From the human T2T-CHM13v2.0 reference genome, Homo sapiens, in NCBI RefSeq assembly GCF_009914755.1, contig NC_060934.1: a stretch of 64,000 bases of DNA; one strand, given 5' to 3'. Every line of letters starts with the position of its first letter. Positions within the stretch are counted from its first letter, which is position 1. Position numbers and translations under genes: made by a program. The notes under the pieces were generated by a model. That model saw nothing but the letters and a program-made list of their open reading frames with translations. It ran no database searches and was not told the DNA's origin. This document shows, in pieces, positions 58,440 through 64,000 of this stretch.

Positions 58440-58974
58440 GTACGAATATGCTCTCATTTCTCCTTGTGTAGCTCGCTCTCTAATGAACATCGAGGAAAGC
58501 AAACTTACTTTCTTTGTAAAAGGTAAAGGATAGCTTAGTGGACTGTGCATACTATTTAGTTGTTCTGGATTTCTTTGGGGCCTTGGGAGGAGGAAGCCGG
58601 GTGTAGAAAACTTCTGCCTGCAAGCTCAGTCTTCTTTGCCAATACAGCAAGAGAACAGGAGGCCAGGCCAGAGAGGAAGGGCCTAGAGAGTATGCAGTTC
58701 CCCAAAAGAGTGTTCCCATGTTCAACCACAAACACATCTAAACACATCTAAAGTGCAGGGAATGAAGGGGTATTATCTACTGAGGAAAGCATGGCACCAA
58801 CTACCGTGTACCCTGAAAGCACGGAGTGCTTAGCACTGTGAATGAATGAAGTAATGAATGAATGAATACACAAATACATAAATGTATTTTCAGGGTAAAA
58901 TAGATCTTACAGATACAGACTTGTGGTAACTCCTTTTCCTTAAAAAGCTGACATTAGGGTTTTGTTTCTGCTCT

Positions 58975-59284
58975 TCTTTTTTTTTTTTTTTTTTTTTTTT
59001 TTGAGATGGAGTCTTGCTCTGTCGCCCAGGCTAGAGTGCAGTGGTGCGATCTTGGTTCACTGCAAGCTCTGCCTCCCGGGTTCACACCATTCTCCTGCCT
59101 CAGCCTCCTGAGTAGCTGGGACTACAGGCACTGGCCACCATGCCCGGCTAATTTTTTGTATTTTTAGTAGAGACGGTGTTTCATCGTGTTACCCAGGATG
59201 GTCTCGATCTCCTGATCTCGTGATCCGCCCACCTCAGCCTCCCAAAGTGCTGGGATTACAGGCGTAAGCCACTGCACCCCAGCC
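58975..59284 (-). mobile_element. AluY-like
   Basis: Y diagnostics; long poly-T. Confidence 0.94.
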
Positions 59285-59589
59285 TTTTTTTTTTTTTTTT
59301 TTTTTTTGGAGATGGGTTATTGCTGTATTACCCAGGCTGGAGTGCAGTAGTGCCATCATAGCTCACTGCAGCCTAGAAATCCTGCACTCAAGATCCTCTC
59401 ATCTCAGCCTCCTGACTAGCTAGGACTACAGACATGCAGCACCATGCCTGGCTCATTTTTTATTTTTGGTAGTAGAGACGGGGTCTTTCTCTATTGACCA
59501 GGTTGGTCTTGAACTCCTGGCCTCAAGTGATCCTCCTGCCTCTGTCTCCCAAAGTACTAGAATTACAGGCATGAACCACTGTGCCTGGC
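59285..59589 (-). mobile_element. AluJ-like, in tandem with the previous Alu
   Basis: Alu consensus. Confidence 0.92.
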
Positions 59590-60283
59590 ATTTTTTTCTT
59601 TTGAATCACAGATGTGCTCCTTCTGCATGCGTTGCTTTGTGCTAGCTTTCTGTCTTCACCTACCTGTTTCCTCTGGTTATTTTGACAGTCATATAGACAT
59701 TACCCAACTGTGGCTAGGGATGTTTTTGTTTCTTGGCTGTGTGCAATTACTTTTAGCAGATAGAGCAAGTTTGGGGTCACAGGAGATTTGAGGCCTCCTC
59801 TACCGACCTCACTGGCGAGTTACCAGATTGACCTTTGTGTATGGAGAATGTAGGGAAGGAAGCAGAAAGCACTTAACCATATATGTGACGGGTGGGGGTG
59901 GGAAGGAGGGCAGGATGATATTGATTTCCACACAAGGGAGGAAAGCTCAGTGTTTTAAGTCTGCTGTCTTCCCAGTTAGGTGCAAAAATTATGTCTAACT
60001 CACTCAGCCTTTGATTATCCATGGAAATGGAGATTGGCATCAGCCCGAATAATTGAAATCTATACTTTATTCTCAATCTCATATTCTTCCTTAAATTCAA
60101 TCTTCTCTTCTAGAGAATCATTATCTGAGTGGCTAAAAATGTGAAACGTGCTTTATGGACTTCATGTTTGCTTTTTGTTCACACTTCCAACAGTCAGTAA
60201 ACCCAGAAGAGGAGAAAAGAAAAAGAATCCTGGTTGCTATAAGGATGGGCTAATGATTAATTCTTTGATAATTTTAAAAAGAC

Positions 60284-60520
60284 TCTGGGCACAGTGGTTC
60301 ATGCCTGTAATCCCAACACTTTGGGAAGCCAAGGCTAGAGGATCAGTTGAGGCCAGGAGCTTGAGACCAGCTGGGTAACATAGCGAGACCCCATCTCAAC
60401 AAAAAAATTTAAAAAAATTAACTGGGTGTGGTGGCACACACCTGTAGTCCCAGCTTCTCAGGAGACTGAGGTGGGAAGATCACTGAAGCCCCAAAATGAG
60501 ACCCCGTCTCTAAAACAAAA
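60284..60520 (+). mobile_element. AluJ-like with a right-arm deletion
   Basis: Alu consensus. Confidence 0.88.
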
Positions 60521-60912
60521 GTATCAATTTTGCTGAGAAATATAGAAATTGGCCTGTCAAAAATGGTATATTTTTCCATGTCAAAAATAATGATTATTGT
60601 TACTCTTCTTATTTGTAGTGTTATAATTATTGTTATTGCTGTAATAATGGTGGCTTTGGTTAAAACAATTACAAGGGAAGCCTAATTATAATTAAGGTTG
60701 AAAGGAGTAATGAATATATTTTGGTGTTCTCAAGCTCTGATCTGCTGTTACATACATTGCTAGCTCTGCCATGGCTGGCCAGCTGTCCCTTCTCTGATAA
60801 TGAGGGATGAACAAGTCACATTCTATCTTTCTGCCTCTTTTGTACTCGAAGCTGACCATCCAAAAGGAGAGAGTTTTTAATGCATGAATCTATGTATACA
60901 TTTTTATTCTCT

Positions 60913-61794
<882 letters not shown>

Positions 61795-62241
61795 CTGTCA
61801 TTGCCCTTCTGCAAGCAAACCCCAACCAGCATTGTAAACACCAGAGATCGGTGTAGACATGGCCTATGAAATTGCTGCAGACATCATCTCATCTTCTGTC
61901 TTTTCCACTCTTTTTCTCCTACCACCCATTTCCTCTTTCCTGTCTTCCTCTCTGCAATGCCATTTGTTCCTCCTGGACCTTCTCAGTATGGACTATCCCA
62001 GGCTTCCTTTGCAGGAAGATTACACAGCCAGCTGTGAGAAGGAAGTCAGATAACACACATCTGATGCTCTCCTCCAGATACTGAGGCTCTTAATACCAGA
62101 TGCTCTTCTGGCAGCTGTTTTTCTGGCTTCCTCTCAGAGAAGTATCCTTGATAAGAAGAGAGCCAATCAGCAAGATAGAGAATAAGATGTTGAAAGTGAT
62201 GTATCTGCCGTCTAACATGAAATCTCTTAAAATCTAGGTTC

Positions 62242-62365
62242 TTTTTTTTTTTTTTTTTTGGAAGACAGGGTCTTGCTCTGTTGCCCAGGCTAGAGTGCAG
62301 TGGCATGATCATGGCTCACTGCAGCCTCAACCTCCGCGGCTCAAGCAATCCTCCCACCCCAGCAC
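62242..62365 (-). mobile_element. Alu right-arm fragment
   Basis: Poly-T and Alu 3' end. Confidence 0.88.
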
Positions 62366-62855
62366 CCACCACCCACCCCGCCCACCCCCAGATAACTGGG
62401 AGTCCAGGAGTGCTTCATCATACCCGACTGAAAATCTAGGTTCTAATTTCCTGCTATTAAACATAAGAAGAATGAGAGCATGCCTTATGTTTCCAAATCT
62501 GACTTCAAACACTGGAAGATTCACGGTTGCAAAACTTCTGTTTGTCTTTAAAAAATATGTTGGTCAAGAGTTTTCTTTAGTCTAAAATTATTGAAAGGCT
62601 AAGAGGTCACCTTAACTCCCTTCTACAGTCTTCAAAAAATGCGGGTGGCCCTTATTGCAACATAATGCTGATCTGCATAATAGTAGCTGTGATCGTTAAG
62701 GACTCTTATCAGCATAACCTTAGTTGTGCAGGGCAGTCAGGCTGTACAGCCTCATTGCCTGGCAGCTAAGGGCTTGGTTTGGATGCAGGTGGGACTCATC
62801 AGGATCCAGCCTTCACAATATGCTAATTCTATGATTTGGGCTAATAGCTTAATCT

Positions 62856-63149
62856 TTCTTTCTTTTTTCTTTCTTTTTTTTTTGAGACAGAGTCTCACTC
62901 TTTCAGTCACCCAGGCTGGAGTGCAGTGGTGCAATCTTGGCTCACTGCAACCTCCACCTCCTGGGTTAAGCCATTCTTGTGCCTCAAGCCTCCCGAGTAG
63001 CTGGGATTACAGGTGTGCACCACCATACACCATACCCAGCCAATTTTTGTATTTTTAGTAGAGATGGGGCTAGTCTGGAACTCAAGTGATCTGCGTGCCT
63101 CAGCCTCCCAAAGTGTTGGGATTACAGGTGTGAGCCACTGCACCCGACC
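62856..63149 (-). mobile_element. Alu (S-like) inserted in a MIR
   Basis: TSD taat(a/g)gcttaatctttct; MIR core resumes tcagtttcctcgtttgtcaaa. Confidence 0.92.
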
Positions 63150-63336
63150 TTAATGGCTTAATCTTTCTCTGTTTCAGTTTCCTCGTTTGTCAAAGGAAAA
63201 TAGTATCTACATCATGGAGCACTGAGAAACACAACGATGGAATCTTTTACTGTTTCACTGGCAGCTTTTAGCGTGATAATATTCTGGTTTTTAGTGTCCC
63301 AAAGAAGAGTCTCAGAGGCTCTTATTTTTAAATTAG

Positions 63337-63656
<320 letters not shown>

Positions 63657-63666
63657 AATCATTTGA

Positions 63667-63948
63667 CTTTTTTATTTTTTCAAGACAAGATCTCACTCTT
63701 GTTTAGAGTGCAGTGGCGTGATCACAGCTCACTGCAGCCTTGAACTCCTGGGCTCAAGTGATCCTCTCACCTTAGCCTCCTGAGTAGCAACTACAGGCAC
63801 ACGTCACCACTTCTGGCCAGTTTTAAAAATTATTTGTAGGGACAGGGTCTTGCTGTGTTGCCCAGACTGGTCTTCAAAGCCTGGCCTCAAGCGATCCTCT
63901 CGCTTTGACCTCCTAAAGTGCTGGGATCATGAGCCACTGCACCTGGCC
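63667..63948 (-). mobile_element. AluJ-like, in tandem with the previous Alu
   Basis: Alu consensus. Confidence 0.9.
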
Positions 63949-64000
63949 TCACTTGACTTTTTTGTCAACAAATATTTGAGCACCTGAAGAGGTTAATTTT

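Noticed and set aside
58326-58526. 66-aa ORF as a stand-alone gene
   Set aside because: It is the 3' part of KIAA1217 exon 2 read through the donor at 58440.

Overview
Primate (almost certainly human) genomic DNA from the 5' region of KIAA1217 (SKT, sickle tail homolog; paralog of SRCIN1/p140Cap), on the + strand. The identification comes from recognising the translated sequence; no database search was run. Two coding exons are present: 47734-47803 (MEENESQKCEPCLPYSADRRQMQ-, preceded by a GC/CpG-rich promoter and leader) and 58156-58439 (-EQGKGN...RRHTLGGP...KREAFLEHLKQKYPHHASAIMGHQERLRDQ). They join in frame through canonical GT-AG sites to give 118 codons. Everything else is non-coding and dense in repeats: about 40 Alu/FLAM pieces, L1, L2 and MIR fragments, MaLR and ERV LTRs (a full solo LTR12, MER41A, MER34-like, MST, MLT1), hAT DNA-transposon relics and microsatellites. 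Nearly all ORFs in the supplied track are Alu-derived, LTR-derived or chance ORFs. I found no convincing new biological system. The best leads are small-scale: an unusual leader ((GGAC)6, then a G-quadruplex, then a uORF), dual coding/5'-UTR use of exon 2 and its circRNA potential, an antisense LTR12 cryptic promoter, a near-consensus CTCF site, and a template-switch mutation that perfected a hairpin in a FLAM. Repeat boundaries and subfamily names are by eye and approximate unless TSDs or TIRs are quoted.
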